In this document: positions 10,521 through 21,253 of the stretch, in pieces
Numbering within the stretch: position 1 is the stretch's first letter
Layout of the letters: every line of letters begins with the position of its first letter
Origin: Eubacteriales bacterium
Lineage (GTDB): Bacteria > Bacillota > Clostridia > Oscillospirales > CAG-272
Direction of reading: 5' to 3'
Assembly (NCBI GenBank): GCA_045533675.1
Contig: JAZSIF010000054.1
Span: forward strand, 27,287-91,286
Length of the DNA stretch: 64,000 nt
Translations under genes and position numbers: made by a program
The notes under the pieces: model-generated
Seen by the model: the letters and a program-made list of their open reading frames with translations, nothing else
What the model was told of the DNA's origin: nothing
Databases searched by the model: none

Positions 10521-12545
10521 ATGAAGGATACCCGAAAAAAAACGGAACTCTTGTGCCCCGCGGGATCGCCGGATGCTCTTGCCGCCGCCATCGAGGGTGG
10601 GGCGGACGCCGTCTATATGGGCGGCTTGGCGTTTAACGCAAGAATTCACGCAAAAAATTTCACCGAGGAGGAGCTCAGGGAGGGAATCGCCCTTGCTCAT
10701 TCCTACGGAGTTAAAATATATCTGACCGCCAATACCTTGATCTATGACCGTGAACGGGACGATGCTCTTCGTGCCGCTGAGGACGCGTATCTTGCGGGGG
10801 CGGACGCTCTAATCGTTGCCGATCTGGGGCTCGCCCGTATGATCCGTAGGAGGATTCCTATCGAGCTTCACGCAAGTACCCAGCTGTCGGGACATAATGC
10901 GGACGCGGCACGGTTTCTTGCCGAGGCGGGATTTTCTCGTATGGTCTGTGCCCGAGAGATGGGGAGGGAGGAGCTTGTCCGCTTCGTAAAGGACTCTCCC
11001 ATAGAGGCGGAGGTGTTTGTACACGGCGCGCTCTGCGTTTGCCATTCGGGACAGTGTCTTTTTTCCTCAGTGGTGGGTGGACGAAGCGGCAATCGGGGCG
11101 AATGCGCTCAGCCCTGCCGTCTCCCCTATCGGGGCGGTAAAAACGGATACCCTCTTTCCTTAAAGGATCTTTCTCTTGCGGCGCATACCGGTGAGCTTTG
11201 TGATATGGGAATCGCCTCTTTCAAGATTGAGGGACGGATGAAATCTCCCGAATACGTTCGGGACGTAGCCAGAGTTTGGAGGCGACTCATTGACGAGCAT
11301 CGCAATGCCACCGAGGAGGAGATGCGGGAGCTGTCTTCCATCTTTTCCCGTGGGGGACTGACCGACGGATATTACCGTAGAAAAATAGACGGACGGATGA
11401 TGGGCATTCGTTCCGAGGAGGACAAGCAAAGCTCCCGAACCCTTTCTCCCTTTCGGGGCATTGAGAGAAAGCTGCCCGTATCGCTTTCGGCAACCATCAA
11501 GAGCGGAGAAGCCGCAACCCTTACTCTGACACTGACCGACGGGAGATGCGCCAGAGCGGAGGGACCCATTCCCGAGACGGCAAGGTCGGCTCCCTTGGGC
11601 CGAGAAGCTGCTCTGCGAAGTCTTAGCCGCTTTGGTAATACGGCGTACAGGATAGAACGTGCCGAGATCGAGCTTGGAGAGGGACTGATGATGCCCGTGT
11701 CTGCCATGAACGCTTTGCGCAGAAGCGCCGCCGAGGCGCTGGATGCCGTAAGAACAACAAAAAATGAGCGGGGGCGGGACGATCTGAACCCCCCGGGAGC
11801 AACAAATGCGACGGGCTTTTCGAAAGAGTCTTCTGCCAGGCGGACGGCTTGCTTTTATCTGCCCTCGGAGATTCCCTCGGAGGCGTATGAGTATTTTGAC
11901 ATTCTGTATACTCCCTTACATCAATATACGGGAAGCACGAATGGTGTGTTTCTCCCCCCTGTGATCTTTGACACCGAGCGGGAAGAGGCGGAGCGTTTGC
12001 TCCTGCGAGCAAAAGAGCTGGGTGCTGAACACGTGCTGGTAGGTAATCCCGGTCACATGGCGCTTGCCCGTTCCCTGGGCTTGGAGATCCACGGGGATTT
12101 TCGTCTCAACGTAACCAACTGTGAGGCGGCAGAGGCATGGAAGTCGAAGGGGATTGACGAGGTGATTCTTTCTCCCGAGCTTTCCCTTTCCCGTCTCAGA
12201 GATATTGGGGGAAGGGTAATCGTATACGGTCGGCTTCCCTTGATGGTGACTGAAAAATGCCTTGGCAAGGAAATTGCCGACTGCAACGCTTGCGCCGATG
12301 GAAGAATTTCTCTTGTGGACCGCCGCCGCGCCAGTTTTCCTGTGCTGAGGGAATGGCAGCATCGGTCTCTCATCCTCAATTCGGTACCCGTCTATATGGC
12401 GGATCGAGGAGAGGAGCTTGCCCGTTATGGAATTTCTCTTCATCACTTCCTCTTCACGACCGAGAAGAAGGAAGAGATTCGAAAGATCCTTGAGGCATAC
12501 CGACAGGGACTTGCGCCGGAGGGAGAGATTCGGCGGATTAAATAA
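10521..12545 (+). CDS. Peptidase U32 family protein, long RlhA-like form (rRNA hydroxylation)
   Basis: ELLCPAG, GADAVY, HASTQ, EVFVHGALC..SGQC..RSGNRGECAQPCR, KIEGRMK and a C-terminal extension. Confidence 0.88.
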   Translation: MKDTRKKTELLCPAGSPDALAAAIEGGADAVYMGGLAFNARIHAKNFTEEELREGIALAHSYGVKIYLTANTLIYDRERDDALRAAEDAYLAGADALIVADLGLARMIRRRIPIELHASTQLSGHNADAARFLAEAGFSRMVCAREMGREELVRFVKDSPIEAEVFVHGALCVCHSGQCLFSSVVGGRSGNRGECAQPCRLPYRGGKNGYPLSLKDLSLAAHTGELCDMGIASFKIEGRMKSPEYVRDVARVWRRLIDEHRNATEEEMRELSSIFSRGGLTDGYYRRKIDGRMMGIRSEEDKQSSRTLSPFRGIERKLPVSLSATIKSGEAATLTLTLTDGRCARAEGPIPETARSAPLGREAALRSLSRFGNTAYRIERAEIELGEGLMMPVSAMNALRRSAAEALDAVRTTKNERGRDDLNPPGATNATGFSKESSARRTACFYLPSEIPSEAYEYFDILYTPLHQYTGSTNGVFLPPVIFDTEREEAERLLLRAKELGAEHVLVGNPGHMALARSLGLEIHGDFRLNVTNCEAAEAWKSKGIDEVILSPELSLSRLRDIGGRVIVYGRLPLMVTEKCLGKEIADCNACADGRISLVDRRRASFPVLREWQHRSLILNSVPVYMADRGEELARYGISLHHFLFTTEKKEEIRKILEAYRQGLAPEGEIRRIK

Positions 12546-12575
12546 TTGCTGTGCAAAATCGGAAAGGAACAGAAT

Positions 12576-15500
12576 ATGACCCGATTGAAACGATTCATGA
12601 CGTTTTTTCTGGCTGGGCTGATGGTGTTTCCCATGGCGGTGTTTGCCAAGCCCGCAAGCGCAGAGGGAGAGTACGTTCGTTATAAAATTCTGGATGCCAA
12701 GGACATGCTCTCCTTGCTGATCGGTGCTCCCGTGGGAGAAGAGGAAGCGGAATTTCTTGATCGCTTTTACGAGGGAGAGATCATTTATAATTCCGCGATT
12801 CCCGGGGGATTGATCACGGTGGCGGACGGTTCCGCAACAGCGGGGAGCTATACCACACAAACTTCTTTGGGACGGACTATTTTCTGGACACCCGAAGGGG
12901 CGATCCTTATGAATGGGGGAGTGGCAGAGGCAACCTATCGGGGCGCTCTGACGATTTCTAAAGCGGAGGCAAACCGACTTCTCAATTTTGTGTATGACGC
13001 GGCGGCAGACGCGGCGGCGGCGGAGAGTGAAATTGCCGAATTTGACCAAAAGAAGATCGAACGTCAGAATTATTTGGAAGAGCTTTCGCGGCACGAATCG
13101 GAACAGACGGCATTCAACAGATACAAGAACTGGGAAAAAAATAAATACAACCCGTGGGTTGTTAAATATCAGAATAATAAGGCGGCTTGGGATGCCTATG
13201 ACGCATATATGATTGAGAAAGAGAGATTCGATCAGGCATATGCGGTTTGGGAAGCCGATCACGCCGCATGGCAAGCGGAAAAAAAGCAACACGATGACGC
13301 TAAAAAAGCGCACGAGACATATCTCATCAACGCGGGGAAGATCAATTCGGCTCTGCTTCCCGTGGAAAGTATGTTTATTGATTATGGGAATTGGGACGGC
13401 TCGACATATGGGTTGGACGATGAGATCGGGGTTCGTTCTCTTTACGAGGCATTGCAGAACGAAGAACTGGTGACCATGCTCCTGGACAATAAAGGTCTTT
13501 TGCAAAAATATGACAACAAAAAGTATAATGACGATTATTTTAAGAAGCTGGAGCAGACCTCTGCCGAGCTAAAAGGCCTGCTTCGGCAGTATGCCGAAAA
13601 AAGAGAAAACTCTCAGAAGGAGGCATTTCTTTTCTATAAAGAAAACTACACAGCCATTCGAGATAAATTCAACGATCTGTATGGAAAGATGACAGAGGTC
13701 TTCAATAATCCCACGATCTACGCCTCGATGTGTGTCGTTATTGAAGAGAAGTTTGGAAATTTGGCTCCATACAAAAAATGGAGAATCAAGAATGTTTTAT
13801 GCCAGATCTACGTGGTCAGCCAATGTATCGATGACCAATCCACCAGAAAAGGAAACTGGAGCTTTTATAAGGATGATGGGGATCCGAAGGATTATACGTA
13901 TGCTGAACTGTTAAATCAGGCGCAGATTTTGACCGATTCCAACAAGGCTGATCCGTCGGCTTTGACCTGGCAGGACGTGGAGCCCGAGATTCCCGTTTTG
14001 CGGAGCGAGCCTGTGAAGCCGATCCCAACGTATTCCGACGCCCCTCGTCCTACGGAGGCGAGAATGAGTGAATCGAGCGCCCCGAAATATGACCGCGAGA
14101 TACCAAGCGACCCCGGGGATTCCCCCGCGTTTGTGGAAGAACCCTCTCCCGTCCCACAGGAGCGATATGAAGCACTCAGACGGTGTGAAGACATTCTTGC
14201 GGTGTACAAATCAGGAGAGCTTTCTCACCGAGCTTCTTTTGAGGAGGATGCCACAGTATATCTTTCTGAGACGGTCTGCCGTCGCTACGATATCGAAACG
14301 GGTAATTCCGCGGAATCGATTTACAACGAAAAGGGAGAGCTTTCCTCGGAAGAGGAGGTTGCCACAGAATGGGAGGGAGGAGGAAAGACCTACGTTCTCC
14401 TTGGCTTTATGGAAGACAGTGACGGACTTTGCTTCTATCCCATTTATGAGATAGAGGATCAGGTCTTTGAGGTTGTGTTTTTTTCGGAAGGCGAAGAGAT
14501 CCTTCGACAGAAATATGCCTACGGGCAAACGCCGAAGCCCAATCTGACACCGACAAAGGAAGCTACCAATACCCATACCTATACCTTTGGCGGTTGGAGT
14601 CCCGTTTTGTCCCCTGTAAAGGGAAATGCCGCCTACGAAGCTGTCTTTTCCGCCGCGGATCGGCTCTATACCGTTACATTCCGCTTCCGAACCGAGACGG
14701 ACGGAACCGTGAAAGAGGTGGAGAGGAGCGCGTTCTATTTTTGGGATGCGCAGCCGACGATTCCCGAAACGATTGAGGGCTATATTGACGGAATTTATCG
14801 TTACGTGTTCTGCGGCTGGGATCAATCTGTATCTCCTGTAACGGGAGATGCCGTCTATACGGCGTTGTATGAGAAAAACGTGCTGGTGGAGATTCCCGGT
14901 GAGTCGGAGGACCTCGAAGGCCCCGAGGATCCCGAGGTACCGGAGAATCCCGAGGATCCCGAAGCTCCGCCCGAGGAGCCGGAGGGAAACGAGCCTCCCC
15001 CGACCGACATGCCTACCGTTAGCGACGACGGATTCAGCTATCTGGTGGAATCCAATAAAAATACCGTCGGATGCGAAAATCTGATTCAGATTTCTGCGCT
15101 GGAGGAGAAAACCATGACCTTCCGCTTTTCCGCGGAGAATGTTGTTTTGGCAATCGATCTCGATGCCGTCCGATCCCTGTGCGTGAAGCAGGTCAAAAGG
15201 GTTCAGCTGATCACGGTGGGAGAGTCCGACAAACGAAGCGTTGCCTTGGAGGAACGGCGCGTCGGCGTTGCCTTTTACGACAAGAACGGCGAGAGAGTAT
15301 ATCCCGACGGATATATGACCCTGACGATTCCCGCGAGAACGGTCAGCGAGGGAAGACTGTGCCTTTGCCGATATGGGGCGGACGGGACGACGGAAGTCCT
15401 CGGAAACGTAAGACCCCAAAACGGAGCGTTCGTCTTTGCGGCAGATGCCGCATCCACCTACGGTACGGTCCGCCTTTATACGGTGACGGTACAGGCGGGA

Positions 15501-16079
15501 GATGTTGAAAAGACCTACGAAGCTGAGGCGGGAGCATGGATTCCCTTGGCATTGACACCTCCGCTTCACCATCAGGTAGATTCCATGATTCTTATAAGGG
15601 GAGAGGAAACCGAGGGAGTGAAGCTGGAGATTGCTGATGGCTTTACCATGCCGCAATACGACGGTGTGTTGACGGTGACATTCTCCGAGATCCTTTACAG
15701 AATTGAATTTCGATATCATGGGGGAAGCGAGATCAAAGAGTATCGCTATGGCGAAGTCATTGTGCCGCCTACAATTCCCCTAAGCATGATTGAAGAAGGT
15801 ATTTGCTACAATTTTATCGGTTGGAACGACAGCATTGGTATTGTTACCGAAGAAAAGATCTTCGATGCGATCTATGAGATTCTTACCGAAGAGGAGATCG
15901 CCGACGATGAAGAGGGAAGTTCCCTCATGGGCTTAGTTCGGCGTTGGTTGATCCCTTTGGTGATCATCCTTCTTCCTTGGGCAGTGCTTGCCCTTTTGAG
16001 TGGAGTTGGATTCATTGCGGGGATCGTAGGACTTGTGAATCTGATCAAGTACGTAAGAAAAAGAAAGAAGACGGAATGA
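12576..16079 (+). CDS. Large cell-surface protein with coiled coil, Pro-rich linkers, InlB B-repeat-like domains and a C-terminal TM anchor
   Basis: Signal peptide ending ASA; repeats of type Y.V.F...YTF.GW......Y.A.Y/F; PED/PEN repeats; TM segment plus KRKKTE tail. Confidence 0.75.
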   Translation: MTRLKRFMTFFLAGLMVFPMAVFAKPASAEGEYVRYKILDAKDMLSLLIGAPVGEEEAEFLDRFYEGEIIYNSAIPGGLITVADGSATAGSYTTQTSLGRTIFWTPEGAILMNGGVAEATYRGALTISKAEANRLLNFVYDAAADAAAAESEIAEFDQKKIERQNYLEELSRHESEQTAFNRYKNWEKNKYNPWVVKYQNNKAAWDAYDAYMIEKERFDQAYAVWEADHAAWQAEKKQHDDAKKAHETYLINAGKINSALLPVESMFIDYGNWDGSTYGLDDEIGVRSLYEALQNEELVTMLLDNKGLLQKYDNKKYNDDYFKKLEQTSAELKGLLRQYAEKRENSQKEAFLFYKENYTAIRDKFNDLYGKMTEVFNNPTIYASMCVVIEEKFGNLAPYKKWRIKNVLCQIYVVSQCIDDQSTRKGNWSFYKDDGDPKDYTYAELLNQAQILTDSNKADPSALTWQDVEPEIPVLRSEPVKPIPTYSDAPRPTEARMSESSAPKYDREIPSDPGDSPAFVEEPSPVPQERYEALRRCEDILAVYKSGELSHRASFEEDATVYLSETVCRRYDIETGNSAESIYNEKGELSSEEEVATEWEGGGKTYVLLGFMEDSDGLCFYPIYEIEDQVFEVVFFSEGEEILRQKYAYGQTPKPNLTPTKEATNTHTYTFGGWSPVLSPVKGNAAYEAVFSAADRLYTVTFRFRTETDGTVKEVERSAFYFWDAQPTIPETIEGYIDGIYRYVFCGWDQSVSPVTGDAVYTALYEKNVLVEIPGESEDLEGPEDPEVPENPEDPEAPPEEPEGNEPPPTDMPTVSDDGFSYLVESNKNTVGCENLIQISALEEKTMTFRFSAENVVLAIDLDAVRSLCVKQVKRVQLITVGESDKRSVALEERRVGVAFYDKNGERVYPDGYMTLTIPARTVSEGRLCLCRYGADGTTEVLGNVRPQNGAFVFAADAASTYGTVRLYTVTVQAGDVEKTYEAEAGAWIPLALTPPLHHQVDSMILIRGEETEGVKLEIADGFTMPQYDGVLTVTFSEILYRIEFRYHGGSEIKEYRYGEVIVPPTIPLSMIEEGICYNFIGWNDSIGIVTEEKIFDAIYEILTEEEIADDEEGSSLMGLVRRWLIPLVIILLPWAVLALLSGVGFIAGIVGLVNLIKYVRKRKKTE

Positions 16080-16813
16080 AAAACATGCGTCATGAGCGAT
16101 TAGAAAGACAGGAACGGCTCTTGGGAGTCGATGCCACCGAGATTCTCGGCAAGAGCCGTGTCGCGGTGTTCGGCATTGGCGGAGTGGGAAGTTACGCCGC
16201 CGAGGCGCTGGCGCGGAGCGGTGTGGGTCAGGTGGTCCTTATAGACAAGGACGAGGTGAGCGAGAGCAATATCAATCGACAGCTTCTTGCGCTTTGCGAT
16301 ACCGTAGGACGCCCGAAGGTGTCGGTGATGGCGGAGCGGATGCGGAAGATCAATCCTCAGATCGTTGTGGAGGAGCGGCAGGAATTTTTTCTGCCAGAAA
16401 CGGCGGCAGGCTTTGATTTTTGCGACTACGATTACGTCATTGACGCCATTGACACGGTGGCGGGAAAGATCGCCATTGCCGAGGCCGCGCATGCGGCGGA
16501 GGTACCCATGATCAGTTGTATGGGAACAGGAAATAAGATGGATCCCACCGCCTTTCGAGTGACGGATCTCTCAAAGACCTCAGTCTGTCCCTTGGCAAGG
16601 GTGATGCGTCGGGAGCTGAAAAAGCGAGGCATCCTTCACCTGACCGTGGTTTATTCCGAGGAGGAGCCCATGACCCCCGCAGGGGAGATCGATCCCGAAA
16701 CGGGAAAGAAACTGCCGGGAAGTCTTGCGTTCGTGCCTCCCGTGGCGGGTATGATCGCCGCGGGCGAGGCGGTCAAAACAATTCTCGCGCGGAAAGGATG
16801 GAAGCATGAGTAA
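16076..16813 (+). CDS. tcdA: tRNA threonylcarbamoyladenosine dehydratase (ThiF family)
   Basis: GIGGVGS, SNINRQ, DAID, SCMGTGNK, CPLARVMR, YSEE. Confidence 0.9.
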   Translation: MKNMRHERLERQERLLGVDATEILGKSRVAVFGIGGVGSYAAEALARSGVGQVVLIDKDEVSESNINRQLLALCDTVGRPKVSVMAERMRKINPQIVVEERQEFFLPETAAGFDFCDYDYVIDAIDTVAGKIAIAEAAHAAEVPMISCMGTGNKMDPTAFRVTDLSKTSVCPLARVMRRELKKRGILHLTVVYSEEEPMTPAGEIDPETGKKLPGSLAFVPPVAGMIAAGEAVKTILARKGWKHE

Positions 16814-17375
16814 GATCACGTGGAAGGGAGGCGCTTTGGTCGCCCCCGTGCCTCCCGCGATGGTGACCTGTGGCGAGGGAGAGCGGGCAAATATTATTAC
16901 CATTGCGTGGACAGGCATCATCAATACCCATCCGCCGAAAACCTATATTTCGGTTCGACCCTCCCGTCATTCCTACGGACTGATCAAGGAGAGCGGGGAG
17001 TTCGTCATCAATCTGACTTCGTCGAAGCTGGTCAGAGCCGCCGATTTCTGCGGCATCCATACGGGTCGAAAGATCAATAAATTTGAGCGGTGCGGGCTTC
17101 ATACCGAGGAAGCCTCCGAGGTAAAATGCCCTCTTCTCGCCGAAAGTCCCATGAGCCTTGAATGTCGGGTCACCGACGTGATTGAGCTGGGCAGTCACCA
17201 TATGTTCCTTGCGGACATTGTGGCGGTGGATGTGGACGAAGCTCTTCTTGACAAGGAGGGCAAGCTTCGTTTGGATCAAGCCGAGCTTGCCGCCTTTGCC
17301 CACGGCGAATATTTTGAGCTGGGCAAGAAGATCGGCACGTTTGGTTTTTCGGTGAAGAAGAAAAGGAAGAAATGA
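16806..17375 (+). CDS. Flavin reductase family protein
   Basis: PVPPAMVTC, NIITIAW, ISVRPSR, EFVIN, LEC, GSHHMF. Confidence 0.9.
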   Translation: MSKITWKGGALVAPVPPAMVTCGEGERANIITIAWTGIINTHPPKTYISVRPSRHSYGLIKESGEFVINLTSSKLVRAADFCGIHTGRKINKFERCGLHTEEASEVKCPLLAESPMSLECRVTDVIELGSHHMFLADIVAVDVDEALLDKEGKLRLDQAELAAFAHGEYFELGKKIGTFGFSVKKKRKK

Positions 17376-17380
17376 GAACG

Positions 17381-17485
17381 AAAAAGAGAGAGGATCGTGA
17401 TCTTCTCTCTTTGCTATTTTTTTCGGATATGCAATGGCTTCAAGCATAAAAAAGGGAGATCAACAAAGCGGATCTCCCTTTTTTT
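17381..17485. terminator. Two terminator hairpins between convergent flavin reductase and tRNA-Ala
   Basis: AAAGAGAGAGGATC..GATCTTCTCTCTTT and AAAAAGGGAGATC..GATCTCCCTTTTT. Confidence 0.7.
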
Positions 17486-17486
17486 A

Positions 17487-17562
17487 TGGTGGAGCATAGG
17501 GGATTCGAACCCCTGACCCCAACACTGCCAGTGTTGTGCGCTCCCAACTGCGCTAATGCCCC
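17487..17562 (-). tRNA. tRNA-Ala(GGC)
   Basis: GGGGCATTAGCGCAGTTGGGAGCGCACAACACTGGCAGTGTTGGGGTCAGGGGTTCGAATCCCCTATGCTCCACCA; cloverleaf, G3:U70, encoded CCA. Confidence 0.97.
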
Positions 17563-17770
17563 ATGTCTGCGGATTCATTATATAATAAAATCCTTGGTTT
17601 GTCAAGACCAAATTTTTCTTTTCGGAATTATTTTAGCATTTTTTGATTCCGCCTTGACAAACGTTTTCTTCTATACGGTTTTTATGTGTTCATTTTTTTG
17701 TATTCCCCGGGAGTACAGCCAACCATCTTTAGAAACTGCTTTCCCAAATAGCTGGGGTTTTCATATCCGC

Positions 17771-18150
17771 ATGGACCCCGATTGGCGATTTCATCGGTCC
17801 GACCCAACCAGGTGCCTATGACGACAGCGCATGGGAGAGGGTCGATCTGCCCCACGATTATCAGCGCGAGGCGGAATTTTCTCCCGAAGCCATCGGTAAT
17901 CACGGCTACCGTGTCTTTGAAAACGGCTGGTACCGCAAAAAATTTTCGGTGGATTCCGTATTCCGATTGCTCTGCCCGAGGTAATCCCCGCCGGTAAGGT
18001 GCCTACCCTTGAGGTCGCCTCCGCGGTTTGCGATGCGGCTGAATTCCACGTAAACGGACATCTGATCCACGCGGAAACGCCCGAATTCCGCACACCGATC
18101 AAGGTATCTTTGGGTTTGGTAAAGGAGTTGAATTTTGAGGTTCAATTCCT
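17771..18150 (+). pseudogene. Frameshifted remnant of a GH2-like glycosidase N-terminal domain
   Basis: DWRFHR, then frameshift to YDDSAWERVDLPHDY...GWYRKKF, then frameshift to EFHVNGHLI. Confidence 0.65.
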
Positions 18151-18152
18151 GA

Positions 18153-18746
18153 TCAAGACGAGAGCCGATGCCTCCCGCAGCGGAGAAGCGCAGGACATTG
18201 CATAGTGTAGTCCATAACTCTCATGCTGCCCCATGCCCACATCTGAATTTTTCCGGGGGAGTCGGAGGCGCGGTTGATGCCGTCGCCATCGGGATAGAGA
18301 CAGCCTGCAAGTCCGTTCGAGAAGTCATTGTCATGTGGTAATATCCTTGTAGTGGACACGAAGCACGGCAACGCCCTGCTGAACGATCTCCTCAATGGGA
18401 CAGAAGCGGGTGGGCTCACCGGGATCCAAGTCATTACGAACAAAGAAGGGATAGGGAGCCTTTCCCGTGGTGGGAAGGATCACGTGAAAGGGGAAGGGAA
18501 ATTCCTTGCCCGCTACCTTGGTACGGGAGGTGACGGGATAGCGGACCGCATAGCCCGAAGCAAAATCGTCATCCATGAAGGGACCCTCTTCAAAAATGAG
18601 GAATTCCGGATCGGGGACGGGAATACCGTACTCCTCCCCACAAAGAATCTCTTTATACTAATTGCGCAGAATTTCCACTCTTCTTTATCCTTGAAGTCCT
18701 GGAGTATGGGGATATTACGTGCGTTTATCATTTTCTCAAGATTCAT
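18153..18746 (-). pseudogene. Frameshifted, truncated CE15-like (glucuronoyl esterase-like) alpha/beta hydrolase
   Basis: RBS GAAGGAGG; pieces in three ORFs join to ...PIEEIVQQGVAV...DNDFSNGLAG...GKIQMWAWGSMRVMDY, ending before the expected GHSR nucleophile motif. Confidence 0.6.
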
Positions 18747-18938
18747 ATGAAACCTCCTTCAAGGGAGCTTTTTTATGGGCTCCGATGAGGTTAGCATAAC
18801 AAAAAGATAGGAAAAGTCAATAGCTTCGGACAAAAAGCGATGGAAGAAGAAGGAAATAGAAAATCACCGATCGAGAGTGTAATCGCCCCCGGGAATTACT
18901 CATAATATAAGGGAGCGATGTGGGAAAAGGAGGAGCGA

Positions 18939-20033
18939 ATGGAAGAAAAATATATAAGGAAAATTTACGGAACGGTGCTCCTTCTACTGGGCGCATGGGT
19001 CCTTTCTCGGCTTTCGGCGATTTTTTCGGTGCTCGGGGCAGTGACGGATACCCTTTTCCCCATTTTCCTCGGGTTGTTTCTTGCCTTTTTGCTGAATCTT
19101 CCTCTTCGTTTTTTTGAGGGGCTTTGGGACAGGATTCCCACAAAAAAATGGAGGCGCGGGAGACGGGCTGTTTGCTTGACGCTGACTGTTTTTCTGGTAG
19201 TGGGAATTTTACTGCTTTTGGTTTTCCTGATCCTGCCAAGGCTGATGGAAGCGGTGTCGGAGCTTTTGGGGACGATCCCTCAGGGAATCGATCGACTGTG
19301 GGCTTTTGCTGAGCGATGGTCGATTCCTTTGCCCGCTGAAAAGCCGAATGCCACGGAGTGGAGGGAGATGTTCAAAGATTTTTTGGAGCGATATGGCGAG
19401 CGCTTGGCGGCAATATCGGTTCAAACCATTTTGAATGCTGTAGGAGGGATCTTTGATCTCGTGGTGGCAATTGCCCTCTCCCTTTACGTGTTGGCACAGA
19501 AGGAGAAATTGGGAGAACAGAGCGTCAGATTTTTACGGGCGGTGTTCTCTCAAAGGACGGTAAAGGGGATTTTGAGGGGAACGGCGCTTGTTTCGCAGAC
19601 CTTTTCCCGTTTTTTTGCGGGGCAGGTCTTGGAGGCATCCATTTTGGGAGGTTTATGCTTTCTCGGAATGTGGGTGATGGGGATGCCCTTTGCGCTTCTA
19701 ATTTCGGTGATCGTGGGAGTGACGGCATTGGTTCCTGTTTTTGGAGCTTTTGCGGGAGGAGCTTTGGGCGCGCTTCTCATTCTGTCGGTCAGTCCCATTC
19801 GTGCTCTTTGGTTCTTAGTCTTTTTGATTGTTCTCCAACAGCTGGAGGATAGTCTGATCTATCCTCGCTTGATGGGACGGTCGGTGGGACTTCCCGGAGT
19901 ATGGGTGCTTTCTGCCGTCATTGTGGGAAGCTCCTTAGGCCTTGGATGGATTTTCATCAGCGTGCCTGTGGTATCGGTGCTTTATACGCTTTTGCGGGAA
20001 TTTATCCAAAGGAGACAGCCACACCGAGAATGA
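18939..20033 (+). CDS. AI-2E family transporter
   Basis: Multi-TM; AFLLNLP, GQVLEA, ALVPVFG, LQQLEDSLIYP. Confidence 0.9.
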   Translation: MEEKYIRKIYGTVLLLLGAWVLSRLSAIFSVLGAVTDTLFPIFLGLFLAFLLNLPLRFFEGLWDRIPTKKWRRGRRAVCLTLTVFLVVGILLLLVFLILPRLMEAVSELLGTIPQGIDRLWAFAERWSIPLPAEKPNATEWREMFKDFLERYGERLAAISVQTILNAVGGIFDLVVAIALSLYVLAQKEKLGEQSVRFLRAVFSQRTVKGILRGTALVSQTFSRFFAGQVLEASILGGLCFLGMWVMGMPFALLISVIVGVTALVPVFGAFAGGALGALLILSVSPIRALWFLVFLIVLQQLEDSLIYPRLMGRSVGLPGVWVLSAVIVGSSLGLGWIFISVPVVSVLYTLLREFIQRRQPHRE

Positions 20034-20179
20034 CGAAAGATGAGATCCTTATATGGATCCCCGATCTTCCTTGTATTAGAATTTTTTTGAAATACCTTGA
20101 CATGGGGAACAGAATCGTGTATAATAATTCTAAGCGAACCTTTTTGAAAAATCAACGGAAGAAAGACGGGAATACGATT

Positions 20180-21133
20180 ATGAAAATGAAGAAATTGCTT
20201 TTGCTCCTGGGTGTCATGCTCATGGGTATCTGTCTGCTCTGCTCCTGCGGAAGTAAGGAATCAAGCATGGACAAAAACGGATTTCAATATACCGAGTTGG
20301 AGGATGGGACCTATTCCGTGTCGTTGGAAAACTGCACCGCGGAGGAGGTGTTGATTCCCGCTAAGTACAATGGACAGAAGGTTACTGCCATCGGCGGTAT
20401 GTGTATTAATACCGATATCGTGTCGATTAAAGTTCCCAATACCGTAACCAAGATCGGAGACCGTGCGTTTTATTATTGCACCTCCCTTAAAGAAATCACC
20501 ATTCCCAACAGTGTGAAGAGCATTGGCGAGGAAGCATTTTTCGGCTGTGTCTCGTTGTCCGCTGTCAGAATCCCCAATAAAACGGAGACGATTGGAGCGA
20601 AGGCATTCAGCGGTTGCGCTTCTCTGACCGAGGTGAAGATTCCCGACAGTGTAGTGACGATTGGAGAAGAGGCATTCCGCGCTTGTACCTCCTTGGCGAA
20701 GATCTCTGTGGGTCAGAATGTAAAGAATATTGGGGCCGGTGCATTCAGAGGGTGCGTTTCTTTGACGGCAATCGTGACTCCCGATGGGATTCATGACATC
20801 GGTAAGGAAGTATTTAAGGATTGTGAATCCTTGGTGACGGTGACTCTTGGAAAGGGCATGGAGGAAGTTGGAAACAACGCGTTTGATGGCTGTGAAGCAT
20901 TGGTACAGGTAATTGCTCCCGATAGTTTGAAGAAGATTGGAGAAAATATCTTTTCTGACTGTGATTCGTTGTATGCGGTATATTACGCAGGTGACAAGAA
21001 TGTTTGGGGCAAAATTGAGGTTAAGGATTCCAACGAAGCCTTGACGGATGCTCTGTGCTACTACTCCGAAACCACGCCCGAAAAGGACGGATTCTTTTGG
21101 CGCTATGTGGACAACAAGCCCGTTGTTTGGTAA
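20180..21133 (+). CDS. BspA-type leucine-rich-repeat lipoprotein
   Basis: Lipobox LCSC; repeated IPxxVxxIGxxAFxxCxSL units. Confidence 0.92.
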   Translation: MKMKKLLLLLGVMLMGICLLCSCGSKESSMDKNGFQYTELEDGTYSVSLENCTAEEVLIPAKYNGQKVTAIGGMCINTDIVSIKVPNTVTKIGDRAFYYCTSLKEITIPNSVKSIGEEAFFGCVSLSAVRIPNKTETIGAKAFSGCASLTEVKIPDSVVTIGEEAFRACTSLAKISVGQNVKNIGAGAFRGCVSLTAIVTPDGIHDIGKEVFKDCESLVTVTLGKGMEEVGNNAFDGCEALVQVIAPDSLKKIGENIFSDCDSLYAVYYAGDKNVWGKIEVKDSNEALTDALCYYSETTPEKDGFFWRYVDNKPVVW

Positions 21134-21163
21134 GGTCAAATAAAATTGAATCAGGTTGAAATG

Positions 21164-21194
21164 AACCCCGCTCTTGTGAAAGAGCGGGGTTTTT
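21164..21194 (+). terminator. Intrinsic terminator
   Basis: AACCCCGCTCTT-gtga-AAGAGCGGGGTT followed by TTT. Confidence 0.85.
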
Positions 21195-21253
21195 GTATAA
21201 AAACAAGGCGGTCAATGCAAACGCGTATAAACGCAAATTGACCTAAAAACACC

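Noticed and set aside
11916-15719. 529-aa and 502-aa minus-strand ORFs
   Set aside because: Overlap the U32 and surface-protein genes on the opposite strand; non-protein-like composition.
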